Positions 1-8,456 of a DNA stretch of 10,972 nt are shown piece after piece. The translations under genes were made by a program, and so were the position numbers. The first letter of the stretch is position 1. Each line of letters opens with the position of its first letter. Under the pieces are notes generated by a model. That model saw nothing but the letters and a program-made list of their open reading frames with translations, was not told where the DNA came from and ran no database searches. Source of the stretch: Synechococcus sp. (GTDB lineage Bacteria > Cyanobacteriota > Cyanobacteriia > Thermostichales > PCC-7336); assembly GCA_051439605.1 (NCBI GenBank), contig JBFRWN010000029.1, positions 1 through 10,972 on the forward strand, given 5' to 3'.

Positions 1-2
1 AA

Positions 3-356
3 AAGACCGAAACTAAAACAAAGGCTAAAACTACTAAGAAGAAGAAAGCTACTCGTAAATCTACCACTACAGAAGCTTCAACACCTACAATAAAGTCTAC
101 AACTTCTACTAAACTCACACTCAATGAGTCTGACGTACCGACTCAAACCGAACCATCTCCATCTCAGTCAGAGCGCACCCAGCACTCCGATGACGAGACG
201 ACCATCTTCCAGGCTAAGGGCGCACTTATTGCTACTCCCTACGTCCAAGGCGATCGCCTTTCGGTGGCAATTAGCGATCGCCAATATGATTTATGGGTAG
301 ATTTTATGGTGGAAGTCACAATTTCTCCGTCAAGAGTATTAGCTGAAGCATCGTAA
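3..356 (+). CDS. Partial hypothetical protein (5' end outside window): Lys/Thr/Ser-rich low-complexity region, then the start of an apparently globular segment; 3' end possibly truncated or chimeric
   Basis: Open frame from base 3 to TAA 354-356: KTETKTKAKTTKKKKATRKSTTTEASTPTIKSTTSTKLTLNESDVPTQTEPSPSQSERTQHSDDETTIFQAKGALIATPYVQGDRLSVAISDRQYDLWVDFMVEVTISPSRVLAEAS*. Contains two HIP1 sites (250-257, 274-281). Absent from the ORF track because no start codon lies early enough in the window. Confidence 0.6.
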   Translation, partial: KTETKTKAKTTKKKKATRKSTTTEASTPTIKSTTSTKLTLNESDVPTQTEPSPSQSERTQHSDDETTIFQAKGALIATPYVQGDRLSVAISDRQYDLWVDFMVEVTISPSRVLAEAS

Positions 357-459
357 ATTCGTTGGTATTTCTCCGTTGACGAAGGGTTTTTGTAGTATCG
401 CTATAAACCAGAGCCTGTAAGGTTTTTAAAGGGATGTTGCACTTTTTCGCAGGGATCTC
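295..459 (-). mobile_element. Possible IS left-end remnant (terminal repeat plus the first codons of a transposase)
   Basis: The minus strand from 459 reads GAGATCCCTGCGAAAAAGTGC, which resembles IS5-type termini (GAGACC..TGCAAAA; from recollection, not searched). It is followed by an AAACC-N11-GGTTT inverted motif (405-425) and a GGAG RBS 5 nt before GTG at 319-317 (MTSTIKSTHK...). No transposase domain is present. Confidence 0.35.
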
Positions 460-587
460 GGCTCAACCCCGATTGTTTGCTAGTCAAATCTGTTTGGGTT
501 GAAGGCCGTGACTAAGGAAGTCACGTTTCAATTGACCAGTTCAGGTCGCACGTATCAGTTGCTACTCAAACCCCGTTTTCTGACACC

Positions 588-3500
588 TCAGCCAACACCT
601 TGGCCAACAGCAATGTAGTCTTGTAATGATTTCACTTCTAAAGGTTGGGACTGCAAGGAGTGAATTGCTGATATAGTAGCCTTGGCTCCAGCAATAGTAG
701 TAATAATTGGCAGTTGATAATCTAGAGCCGTGCGGCGGAGCAGACGGGCATCGGTATGGGATTCCTGTCCATTGGGGGTATTGATGATCAACTGAATCTG
801 GTCATTCTTGATCCAGTCGATGACGTGAGGACGACCTTCATGAATTTTTAGCACTTTATCTACATCTTCCATGCCATGCTCCTGTAAGACGCGACGAGTC
901 CCCGCAGTAGCGACGACCTTAAAACCCAAATCCATTAAGTCTTTAACCACTGAAACCACCGCTTGTTTATCGCGATCGCTCATCGACACTAATACCCTCC
1001 CAGTCAGGGATAATTTTACTCCTGCTGCCAACTCTGCCTTGGCAAACGCCTTGCCAAAATCCGTATCGATGCCCATCACCTCCCCCGTAGAGCGCATCTC
1101 TGGCCCTAACAGGGTATCCGCACCAGGGAACTTATTAAACGGCAGTACGACTTCTTTGACGGCGATGTGTTGGGTTATTCTTTCTGAGGTAAACCCAACC
1201 GACTCTAAAGTTTCCCCAGACATCACGCGGGATGCCAACTTCGCTAAGGGAACTCCAATGGCTTTAGAGGCATAGGGAACAGTGCGAGAAGCGCGGGGAT
1301 TTGCCTCCAGAATGTACACCTGTTCTCCCTGAACGGCATACTGGATGTTGAGCAGTCCAATTACTTTTAGGGCTTGGGCTAACTGTATCGTCCACTGACG
1401 AATAGTATCTAGGACTGACGAGGGCAGGGAGGTATGGGGGAGAGAGCAAGCGGAATCACCTGAGTGAACTCCAGCTTCTTCGATGTGTTCCATAATCCCG
1501 CCGATAACTACTTTCCCAGTCGGGTCGGCGATCGCGTCTACATCCACCTCAATGGCATTTTCCAAAAACTGATCGATTAAAATCGGATGCTCTGGCTCAA
1601 CTTGCACCGCGTAGTTCATATAATGTTCTAGATCGCGATCGGAATAGACAATTTCCATTGCCCGTCCCCCCAATACATAGGAAGGACGAACCACCACTGG
1701 ATAACCAATGCGACCAGCGATCGCCAAAGATTCTTCGTAGCTATGGGCAATCCCATTGGGAGGGTGATGGATGTTTAGCTCTTGGAGGATTTGCTCAAAT
1801 CTTTCTCTGTCTTCGGCAATATCAATCGAATCAGGCGAAGTCCCCCAGATTTGGGGATTGGGAATTGGGGACTGGGGATTGGGGACTGGGGACTGGGATT
1901 TTTGTTCTAAATATTTCTGTAATGGTATTGCTAGTTTTAATGGAGTTTGTCCCCCAAACTGGACGATGATACCTTCGGGATTTTCGGCTTCGATGATGTT
2001 GAGGACATCTTCTTTGGTGAGGGGTTCAAAATAAAGGCGATCGCTGGTATCGTAGTCGGTGGAAACCGTCTCTGGATTGGAGTTAACCATAATCGTCTCA
2101 AACCCCTCCTCCCTCAGAGCAAAGGAGGCGTGACAGCAACAGTAATCAAATTCGATTCCCTGTCCGATGCGGTTAGGTCCACCGCCGAGAATCATCACCT
2201 TGCGCTGGTTGGAGGGTTGAGCTTCTGATTCTCCTGTTTCGTAGGTGGAGTAATAGTAGGGTGTGTAGGACTCAAACTCTGCTGCACAGGTATCCACCAG
2301 TTTATAAACGGGAACTACTCCCAACTGCTTTCGATAAGCCCGTACTTCATCTTCGCTTGTCTTAGTGGCAAAGGCGATTTGGCGATCGCTAAACCCCTGC
2401 TGTTTGACAAACTGCATCTGTTCTTGAGGAATTTGTCGTAGGGGGGTACATTTGAGAAACTTCTCTGTTTCGATTAGTTCCTGCATTTTGTCCAAAAACC
2501 AGATGTCAATGGCGGTGAGTTCGTTAATTTCTTCCACCGTCATTCCCAATTTTAAGGCTTGATGGACAGTAAAGATACGCTCTGGATTGGGAGTGCGTAA
2601 ACTAGAGCGTACTTGGGTTAAAGAGGGGAGTGCTTCTTGTCTGTCGCAACCAAAACCAAAGCGACCAGTTTCTAGCGAGCGCAGAGCTTTTTGCAAGGAT
2701 TCACAGAAAGTACGCCCAATTGCCATGGCTTCCCCCACCGACTTCATCTGGGTAGTGAGTATGGGTTGAGCCGCAGGAAACTTCTCAAAAGCAAAGCGGG
2801 GAATTTTGGTCACCACATAGTCAATTGTCGGTTCAAAAGAAGCGGGAGTTTTTTGGGTTATGTCATTGGGAATTTCATCCAGGGTATAGCCAACTGCTAA
2901 CTTAGCGGCAAATTTAGCGATGGGAAAACCAGTCGCTTTTGAAGCCAATGCCGAAGAACGGGAAACGCGAGGGTTCATCTCGATGACAATTACCTCGCCA
3001 TTGACGGGATTGACCGCAAACTGGATATTTGAGCCCCCGGTTTCTACCCCGATCTCGCGGATAATTTTCTGGGCCGCATCCCGCATTCGTTGATACTCTT
3101 TATCAGTTAGAGTTTGAGCGGGGGCCACGGTAATTGAGTCTCCAGTATGAACTCCCATCGGATCGATATTTTCGATCGAGCAAATCACGACCACATTATC
3201 CGCTAAATCCCTCATGACTTCTAGCTCGTACTCTTTCCACCCCAAGAGGGATTTTTCCACCAGAATTTGAGATACCGGGCTGGCATCGAGACCGTATTTG
3301 GCCAGTTGTTCGTATTCTTCCTGATTGTAGGCAATCCCGCCGCCGGTTCCTCCTAAAGTAAAGGCAGGGCGAATAATTAGGGGATAGGAACCAATTTGTT
3401 GGGCCGCCGCTCTGGCCTCTTCCAGGTTGTTGGCAATTCCCGAAGGGCAGACTGCCAAACCAATGCGTTTCATGGCCTCTTTAAATAAGAGACGGTCTTC

Positions 3501-3878
3501 TGCCATTTCAATTGCTGGTAGTTTGGCTCCAATTAGTTCAACCCCATATTTGTCCAACACGCCATTCTTAGATAGGGTTACGGCAATGTTCAAGGCCGTC
3601 TGTCCCCCCATCGTTGGCAGAAGGGCATCGGGACGCTCCTTAGCGATTACCTTCTCCACGATTTCTGGCAGTAGGGGCTCGATGTAAGTGCGCTCGGCTG
3701 TCTGAGGATCGGTCATGATCGTAGCGGGGTTGGAATTGACCAGAACTACTTCGTAGTCTTCTTCTCGCAGTGCCTTACAAGCTTGCGTACCGGAGTAGTC
3801 AAATTCACAAGCCTGTCCGATCTTAATGGGACCAGAGCCCAGCAACAAGATTTTTTGTAAGTCGTCACGACGAGGCAT
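588..3878 (-). CDS. carB: Carbamoyl-phosphate synthase large subunit
   Basis: 1096 aa. N-terminus [37 protein letters not shown]. Two ATP-grasp halves ([31 protein letters not shown]). Second-half motif [18 protein letters not shown]-terminal MGS-like domain (ATAGT...KIHEGRP...IINTP). Confidence 0.99.
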   Translation of the reverse strand: MPRRDDLQKILLLGSGPIKIGQACEFDYSGTQACKALREEDYEVVLVNSNPATIMTDPQTAERTYIEPLLPEIVEKVIAKERPDALLPTMGGQTALNIAVTLSKNGVLDKYGVELIGAKLPAIEMAEDRLLFKEAMKRIGLAVCPSGIANNLEEARAAAQQIGSYPLIIRPAFTLGGTGGGIAYNQEEYEQLAKYGLDASPVSQILVEKSLLGWKEYELEVMRDLADNVVVICSIENIDPMGVHTGDSITVAPAQTLTDKEYQRMRDAAQKIIREIGVETGGSNIQFAVNPVNGEVIVIEMNPRVSRSSALASKATGFPIAKFAAKLAVGYTLDEIPNDITQKTPASFEPTIDYVVTKIPRFAFEKFPAAQPILTTQMKSVGEAMAIGRTFCESLQKALRSLETGRFGFGCDRQEALPSLTQVRSSLRTPNPERIFTVHQALKLGMTVEEINELTAIDIWFLDKMQELIETEKFLKCTPLRQIPQEQMQFVKQQGFSDRQIAFATKTSEDEVRAYRKQLGVVPVYKLVDTCAAEFESYTPYYYSTYETGESEAQPSNQRKVMILGGGPNRIGQGIEFDYCCCHASFALREEGFETIMVNSNPETVSTDYDTSDRLYFEPLTKEDVLNIIEAENPEGIIVQFGGQTPLKLAIPLQKYLEQKSQSPVPNPQSPIPNPQIWGTSPDSIDIAEDRERFEQILQELNIHHPPNGIAHSYEESLAIAGRIGYPVVVRPSYVLGGRAMEIVYSDRDLEHYMNYAVQVEPEHPILIDQFLENAIEVDVDAIADPTGKVVIGGIMEHIEEAGVHSGDSACSLPHTSLPSSVLDTIRQWTIQLAQALKVIGLLNIQYAVQGEQVYILEANPRASRTVPYASKAIGVPLAKLASRVMSGETLESVGFTSERITQHIAVKEVVLPFNKFPGADTLLGPEMRSTGEVMGIDTDFGKAFAKAELAAGVKLSLTGRVLVSMSDRDKQAVVSVVKDLMDLGFKVVATAGTRRVLQEHGMEDVDKVLKIHEGRPHVIDWIKNDQIQLIINTPNGQESHTDARLLRRTALDYQLPIITTIAGAKATISAIHSLQSQPLEVKSLQDYIAVGQGVG
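1851..1899 (-). repeat. STRR1-type heptamer tandem repeat (CCCCA[A/G]T family), 7 units, inside carB
   Basis: Plus strand: TTGGGGA TTGGGAA TTGGGGA CTGGGGA TTGGGGA CTGGGGA CTGGGAT. Translated in CarB as [16 protein letters not shown]. Confidence 0.92.
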
Positions 3879-3945
3879 ATCTTTAATTTGAAGATTGTAG
3901 TTTTTATTCCCAATCTTTTTATAGGTTTTTACCTTGATTATTATC

Positions 3946-3959
3946 GTAACAACGGTTAC
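3946..3959 (-). promoter_or_regulatory. Putative NtcA-binding site upstream of carB
   Basis: GTAACAACGGTTAC = GTA-N8-TAC with GTAAC/GTTAC palindromic arms. Minus-strand TATAAA at 3923-3918 lies exactly 22 nt away, the class II NtcA spacing, although its last base is not the consensus T. Confidence 0.6.
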
Positions 3960-4110
3960 TAATTAGTAAGATAAAAGTATCTGAAACGAGATGTCAGTTT
4001 TTCTGAAGTTACGTGCCATGAGGATCTTTTAGGAGAAAAGAACAGGTTTGAAATAGATTTTTGACGTAAAGAAATATCTGCGTTTGCTCTGCCTAACTCC
4101 CCTTTGATCT

Positions 4111-4124
4111 GTATCACTTATTAC
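4111..4124 (+). promoter_or_regulatory. Putative NtcA-binding site upstream of the V-type ATPase operon
   Basis: tGTATCACTTATTAC = GTA-N8-TAC. 22 nt later comes TATAAG (4147-4152), preceded by TGn (extended -10-like). The ntpB ATG is at 4187. Confidence 0.45.
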
Positions 4125-4186
4125 TTTTTCAATTTAAAATTATTGCTATAAGGAAAAGTAAAGATCGCTTCACTAAAACTTGCTTC

Positions 4187-5542
4187 ATGTCATTGACACT
4201 GGTCCGTTATTCTAAGATTTTGGAGATTGTAGGGGACATTATCAAAGTCCAGGTTCCCAACAATGCTCACAGTCAAGACTGCGGACCGCGCTTCGGTGAC
4301 TTGGCTGTAGTGGAAAATAGCTATGGTAGCTTGTCTTTAGCCCAGATTATCAACCTTAAAGAAAATACAGTCGTCCTACAGGTATTCAGAGGCACCAAGG
4401 GAGTATCTACCGATTCAGCAGTTCGCTTTCTCGGACACTCCATGAAGGCTACATATTCGGGCAACATTCTGGGTCGGGTCTTTCGCGCAACGGGAGAACC
4501 GATTGACGGAGGGCCAAAACTCTCCCAAGACCCCAAAGTATCCATTGGGGGACCATCAGTTAATCCCCTGCGTCGCATTTTGGCATCGAAGATGATCCGT
4601 ACCGATGTCCCCATGATTGACGTGTTTAATTGTCTGGTGGAAAGTCAGAAGATCCCCATATTCTCAGTCGCCGGTGAACCTTTTAATCCCTTTCTCGCCC
4701 GTATTGCCATTCAGGCAGATGCAGATATCGTGGTTTTTGGAGGATTAGGTCTGATTTTCGACGACTATTACTTCTTCCGCAAGACATTTGAAGATGCTGG
4801 GGTGTTTGCGCGTACAGTAATGTTTGTCAACCTCGCTTCTGACTCTATTATCGAACGGATGCTGATTCCAGATATGGCACTGGCAGTGGCAGAGCGTTTT
4901 GCCGTAGAGGAAGGTAAGCGGGTTCTGGTACTGATGTCGGACATGACAGCCTTTGCTGATGCACTTAAAGAAATCAGTATCGCAATGGATCGAGTTCCCG
5001 CCAATCGAGGCTATCCAGGGGACCTATATTCCCAGCTGGCCCGCCGCTATGAAAAGGCGGCAGACTATGCTCAAGGTGGGTCGGTGACTATCTTAACTGT
5101 TACCACTATGGTTGGGGATGACGTAACTCACCCCGTCCCAGACAACACTGGCTACATCACTGAAGGACAATTCTACCTCCACGACGGCAAAATCGATCCT
5201 TTTGGCTCCCTGTCCCGACTCAAACAAAATGTCATTGGCAAGGAAACCAGGGAAGATCACAGTCAGATCATGAACGCCATGATTCGGTTTTACTCTGGTG
5301 CTAAAGAAGCGGAGCAGAAACAGGCAATGGCTTTTGAGCTATCCGACTACGATCGCAAGTTGTTGAAGTTCGGCAATCTCTTCCAGGAGAGATTCATGAA
5401 TAGTAAAGTTTCCCTGCCCCTGGAACAAGCACTTGACCTGGGGTGGAAAACCCTAGCGGATTGCTTTGAACCCAATGAGTTACTGATCAAACAGGCTCTA
5501 ATTGACAAGTATTTTCCCCAAGAGATCCAGGACAAGTTGTAA
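4187..5542 (+). CDS. ntpB: V/A-type ATP synthase subunit B (non-catalytic)
   Basis: 451 aa. Motifs LQVFRGTKG, IDVFNCLVESQKIPIFS, VPANRGYPGDLYSQLARRYEKA, DDVTHPVPDNTGYITEGQ and SLSRLK. No intact Walker A, as expected for subunit B. Confidence 0.97.
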   Translation: MSLTLVRYSKILEIVGDIIKVQVPNNAHSQDCGPRFGDLAVVENSYGSLSLAQIINLKENTVVLQVFRGTKGVSTDSAVRFLGHSMKATYSGNILGRVFRATGEPIDGGPKLSQDPKVSIGGPSVNPLRRILASKMIRTDVPMIDVFNCLVESQKIPIFSVAGEPFNPFLARIAIQADADIVVFGGLGLIFDDYYFFRKTFEDAGVFARTVMFVNLASDSIIERMLIPDMALAVAERFAVEEGKRVLVLMSDMTAFADALKEISIAMDRVPANRGYPGDLYSQLARRYEKAADYAQGGSVTILTVTTMVGDDVTHPVPDNTGYITEGQFYLHDGKIDPFGSLSRLKQNVIGKETREDHSQIMNAMIRFYSGAKEAEQKQAMAFELSDYDRKLLKFGNLFQERFMNSKVSLPLEQALDLGWKTLADCFEPNELLIKQALIDKYFPQEIQDKL

Positions 5543-5603
5543 TCTCGATCTAAAAAATGGTTTGAACCATCTGAGAAATATCTATTTATTCATAAGAACT
5601 CTA

Positions 5604-6206
5604 ATGGCTAGACTGTCGTTAAACAAGGCATCTCTCTCAAAAGAAAAAAGGCAACTCAAAGTCTTTGAGGATGTTTTACCATCCCTAGATCTCAAGCGTC
5701 GTCAACTGATTGCGGAGCGGAGCAGGGCAAAACGAATACTGGCTGAAACCCAAAACAGACTCCAAGAAATAGACCCAGAAATTGCCCAAAAATTTCCCAT
5801 GTTGTCCAACCAGTTGGTGGATTTGACGAACATTGTCAGGGTCACCGAGGTAGAATTGGTGGAAGAAAATATTATGGGAACTCGACTACCTAAAATCAAA
5901 CTAGTTCAAATCCAGGTGCGTGATTACGCCTTACTCGGCAAACCCTTCTGGGTCGATCGCCTAGTGAACCTGCTAAAAATAGCTCTAGAAACTCAAATCG
6001 GCGTGCAGGTAGCACAGCGAAGGCTGGAGTTGCTCGAGCGAGCGGAGCGGAGCGCGACGCAGCGGTTCAATTTATTTGACAAGGTGTTGATCCCGCAGAC
6101 GAAGTCAAATATTAAGAAGATTCAGATCTATCTGGTCGATGCCGACCGCGCAGGGGTCGTGAACTCGAAGATCGCCAAGCGGAAGCAGGAGAAGCAACTA
6201 GCATGA
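5604..6206 (+). CDS. ntpD: V/A-type ATP synthase subunit D (central stalk)
   Basis: 200 aa from ATG 5604 (MARLSLNKASL...LPSLDLKRRQL...TQRFNLFDKVLIP...IKKIQIYL). The track's upstream TTG start at 5502 overlaps ntpB and is unlikely. Confidence 0.95.
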   Translation: MARLSLNKASLSKEKRQLKVFEDVLPSLDLKRRQLIAERSRAKRILAETQNRLQEIDPEIAQKFPMLSNQLVDLTNIVRVTEVELVEENIMGTRLPKIKLVQIQVRDYALLGKPFWVDRLVNLLKIALETQIGVQVAQRRLELLERAERSATQRFNLFDKVLIPQTKSNIKKIQIYLVDADRAGVVNSKIAKRKQEKQLA

Positions 6207-7990
6207 GTATTGTCCCCTTGAACAAGGTTACCCTGTTTGGAATGAAAGTCGAGGGAGAAACTATCCTGGAAGGCTTGCAGTGCTTGGGATGTATGCACCT
6301 AATTGACCTCCAACCGCCGGCCAAAGAATCTGGATTTAGCTTGAGCGATCGCTTTAAAGAAGCCCAAAAAGCCCTGCGCTACATTATGGATGTCCCGCGA
6401 CGGCGACATCAAGTACGAGATGAAGCCGAGTTCGATTTAGATTCGGTCGTGGCAGCAGCACTAGCTAATAAGCAGAAGCGACGGGAGGCAGAAGACCAGA
6501 AACTTTTTCTGGCCAATCGGTTGAAAAAGTTGACACCTTGGGGTAGCTTCACCTTGCCAGATTTAAACGATCTCGGCGGCTATCGTTTTTGGTTTTACCA
6601 GGTGCCGCACACCAAAGCGAAACAGATTCAGCAGCTAGAGCTACCTTGGCAGATCGTGGGCAAGGATCGTCTCCATGTCTATGTGGTGGTTATTGCCCAA
6701 GAAGAACCCCCCGCCGATATCCTTCCCGTAACCCGAACTCACGCTGGATCGGTCTCACCAGAAGAGCTAAAACTTCAGTTAGAACAAGTAGAAATCGAGC
6801 TAGATGAAATTCGAGCAGAACATCAAGCTCTCAGTCGCTGGATCGTCTTGCTGGCTCAAAATTTAGCCCGTGCTGAGGACGAGGTATCCTTGAGAAAGGC
6901 TAGTAGCAAAAGCATCCAACAGGAGGGCATTTTCCTGGTTCAGGGCTGGATGCCCAAGCATTTACTTAAGCGGCTGGATTCTTTTGCCGAGCAGCACGGG
7001 TTAGCATTTCTTGTCGAACCATCCCAACCGAACGAGACTCCGCCGACCCTGATGGAGAACCCGAAAGCTCTGAGGGGTGGGCAGGATTTAGTGAGTTTTT
7101 ACCAAACTCCCAGTTACGACAACTGGGATCCGTCGCTCGTGGTTTTCTTTTCTTTTGCCCTCTTCTTTGCGATGATTCTCGCTGATGCCGGCTATTCCCT
7201 CATATTAGCAGGCATCGTGGCACTTTTCTGGAAGCAGATGGGCCAGAACCAGGGTGGAAAAAACTTCAGACGTTTGGTGGCAGTGGTTCTGGGCACTTCC
7301 TTGGCTTATGGTGTGTTGGTCGGCAGTTATTTCGGCTTGACACCCACTGAGGGCTCTCAGCTGGCTAGCCTCCAAGTGATGCAGATTGATAACTTTGCCA
7401 TCATGATGCCGCTTTCGATCGCCATTGGCTGCCTGCACGTAGTTTTTGCTAATACCGTTGTCTTCTATCTTGCTGGCGGATTTGCGAATAAAGCTCGGCC
7501 TCTCGGCTGGATTTTGGTCGTATTAGGAGGTTTAGCAGTCTATCTAGGGGGAATTGCCGATGCTATAATATTCGGCAATCTAGGTTTTGGGCTGCTCGGA
7601 GGTGGTTTTTTGTTAATCTTCTTGAGTGGGGTTGCGGGTAGTCGCCAAAAACTTCCCTGGCGTTTGTTCCAAGGATTCGGTGCGCTGGCGGGGATCGCGA
7701 CCATGTTCGGTGACATCCTCAGTTACCTGCGACTGTTTGCCCTGGGGCTGGCCAGTGCCTCCCTGGCTCAGACGTTTAATCAGTTGGCCAGCCAGTCGGG
7801 AGAGGTTTTACCCGGACCCTTGCTCCCGCTCCTGATCTTGTTGCTGGGTCACGGGATCAATTTAGGTCTGGGCATCATCAGCGGTTTGGTCCATGGTTTG
7901 CGCCTAAATTTCATCGAATTCTTCCGCTGGGGCCTTTCAGACGAAGGGTATCCGTTTCAAGCCTTTGCTAAAAAGGAGAGGGATTTATGA
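6203..7990 (+). CDS. ntpI: V/A-type ATP synthase subunit I (a-subunit, membrane stator)
   Basis: 595 aa. Soluble N-half, then hydrophobic C-half with PPTLMENP, FFAMILADAGY, essential-Arg motif DILSYLRLFALGLAS and VHGLRLNFIEFF. ATGA overlap with ntpD. Confidence 0.97.
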   Translation: MSIVPLNKVTLFGMKVEGETILEGLQCLGCMHLIDLQPPAKESGFSLSDRFKEAQKALRYIMDVPRRRHQVRDEAEFDLDSVVAAALANKQKRREAEDQKLFLANRLKKLTPWGSFTLPDLNDLGGYRFWFYQVPHTKAKQIQQLELPWQIVGKDRLHVYVVVIAQEEPPADILPVTRTHAGSVSPEELKLQLEQVEIELDEIRAEHQALSRWIVLLAQNLARAEDEVSLRKASSKSIQQEGIFLVQGWMPKHLLKRLDSFAEQHGLAFLVEPSQPNETPPTLMENPKALRGGQDLVSFYQTPSYDNWDPSLVVFFSFALFFAMILADAGYSLILAGIVALFWKQMGQNQGGKNFRRLVAVVLGTSLAYGVLVGSYFGLTPTEGSQLASLQVMQIDNFAIMMPLSIAIGCLHVVFANTVVFYLAGGFANKARPLGWILVVLGGLAVYLGGIADAIIFGNLGFGLLGGGFLLIFLSGVAGSRQKLPWRLFQGFGALAGIATMFGDILSYLRLFALGLASASLAQTFNQLASQSGEVLPGPLLPLLILLLGHGINLGLGIISGLVHGLRLNFIEFFRWGLSDEGYPFQAFAKKERDL

Positions 7991-8445
7991 GCGATTTGGT
8001 AATTGCCCTGGGATGGGCGGGTTTGTACGCGCCAGTGGCTCTGGGAGCATCTGGTAGTGTCATTGGTTGTGCCACTGCCGGGCAAGCGGCCATTGGGGCA
8101 ATGTTAGATACTGACGGGGGTTATGGTCGCTACGTTGGCGTCTCTGCCATGCCCTCTTCCCAGGTAATTTACGGGATTGTATTAACCTTTGCTCTGGGTG
8201 CCCTGGTGGTCGACGGTCAAATTTCGGTGGATGTCGCCCCCAGCATGTTCGGCTTGGGCATCGGTGCCGGACTGGCCCTGCTGTTGAGCGCGATCTATCA
8301 GGGTCAGTGCTGCGCCTCAGCGATCGTGGCCAGCAAAGCTAAGCCGGAAATCTTCGGCCTATCCTTAGCCCCCGCTGCCATCGTTGAGGGCTTTGCGGTG
8401 TTTGCTTTTATCTTTGCATTGTTGTTTATACCGGCTGGTAGCTAA
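7987..8445 (+). CDS. ntpK: V/A-type ATP synthase subunit K (4-TM proteolipid, c-ring)
   Basis: 152 aa, four hydrophobic helices. Motifs MPSSQVIYG, SAIYQG and AIVEGFAVF (single membrane Glu134). ATGA overlap with ntpI and an AAGGAG RBS upstream. Confidence 0.96.
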   Translation: MSDLVIALGWAGLYAPVALGASGSVIGCATAGQAAIGAMLDTDGGYGRYVGVSAMPSSQVIYGIVLTFALGALVVDGQISVDVAPSMFGLGIGAGLALLLSAIYQGQCCASAIVASKAKPEIFGLSLAPAAIVEGFAVFAFIFALLFIPAGS

Positions 8446-8456
8446 GGAGGTATTAA

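Larger units (their letters stand above)
3879..4186. promoter_or_regulatory. AT-rich divergent promoter region between carB and the V-type ATPase operon
   Basis: Non-coding, AT-rich 308 bp between the divergent starts at 3878 (-) and 4187 (+). Confidence 0.8.

Noticed and set aside
463..525. Inverted repeats TCAACCC/GGGTTGA (463-502) and CGTGACT/AGTCACG (507-525) as a carB terminator
   Set aside because: No U-tract follows on the minus strand, and the stems are short or have long loops.
484..618. Short plus-strand open frame (SNLFGLKAVTKEVTFQLTSSGRTYQLLLKPRF...) converging on carB
   Set aside because: About 44 codons with no recognisable family or clear RBS. It could be a gene remnant but cannot be supported.
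871..3687. Plus-strand ORFs antisense to carB (871-1275, 1658-1969, 1771-2034, 1947-2228, 2587-2769, 2691-2900, 3427-3687) and the out-of-frame minus-strand ORF 1264-1449
   Set aside because: Shadow frames of a highly conserved gene with no recognisable motifs. Their GDWGLG repeats simply reflect the STRR array.
588..3878. Absence of carA next to carB
   Set aside because: carA and carB are commonly unlinked in cyanobacteria, so this is not unusual.
4830..5120. NtpB substitutions at usually Pro positions (NLASDS, TTMVGDD) as a sign of decay
   Set aside because: These positions vary in this V-ATPase subtype and cannot be judged without an alignment.
5502..5603. N-terminal extension of ntpD from TTG 5502
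   Set aside because: It overlaps the ntpB 3' end and crosses an AT-rich spacer. Family-like sequence starts at ATG 5604.
5712..6053. 12-bp direct repeat GCGGAGCGGAGC at 5712 and 6042
   Set aside because: Both copies encode in-frame AERS in helical regions of NtpD. There is no sign of an insertion between them, so it is likely coincidence.
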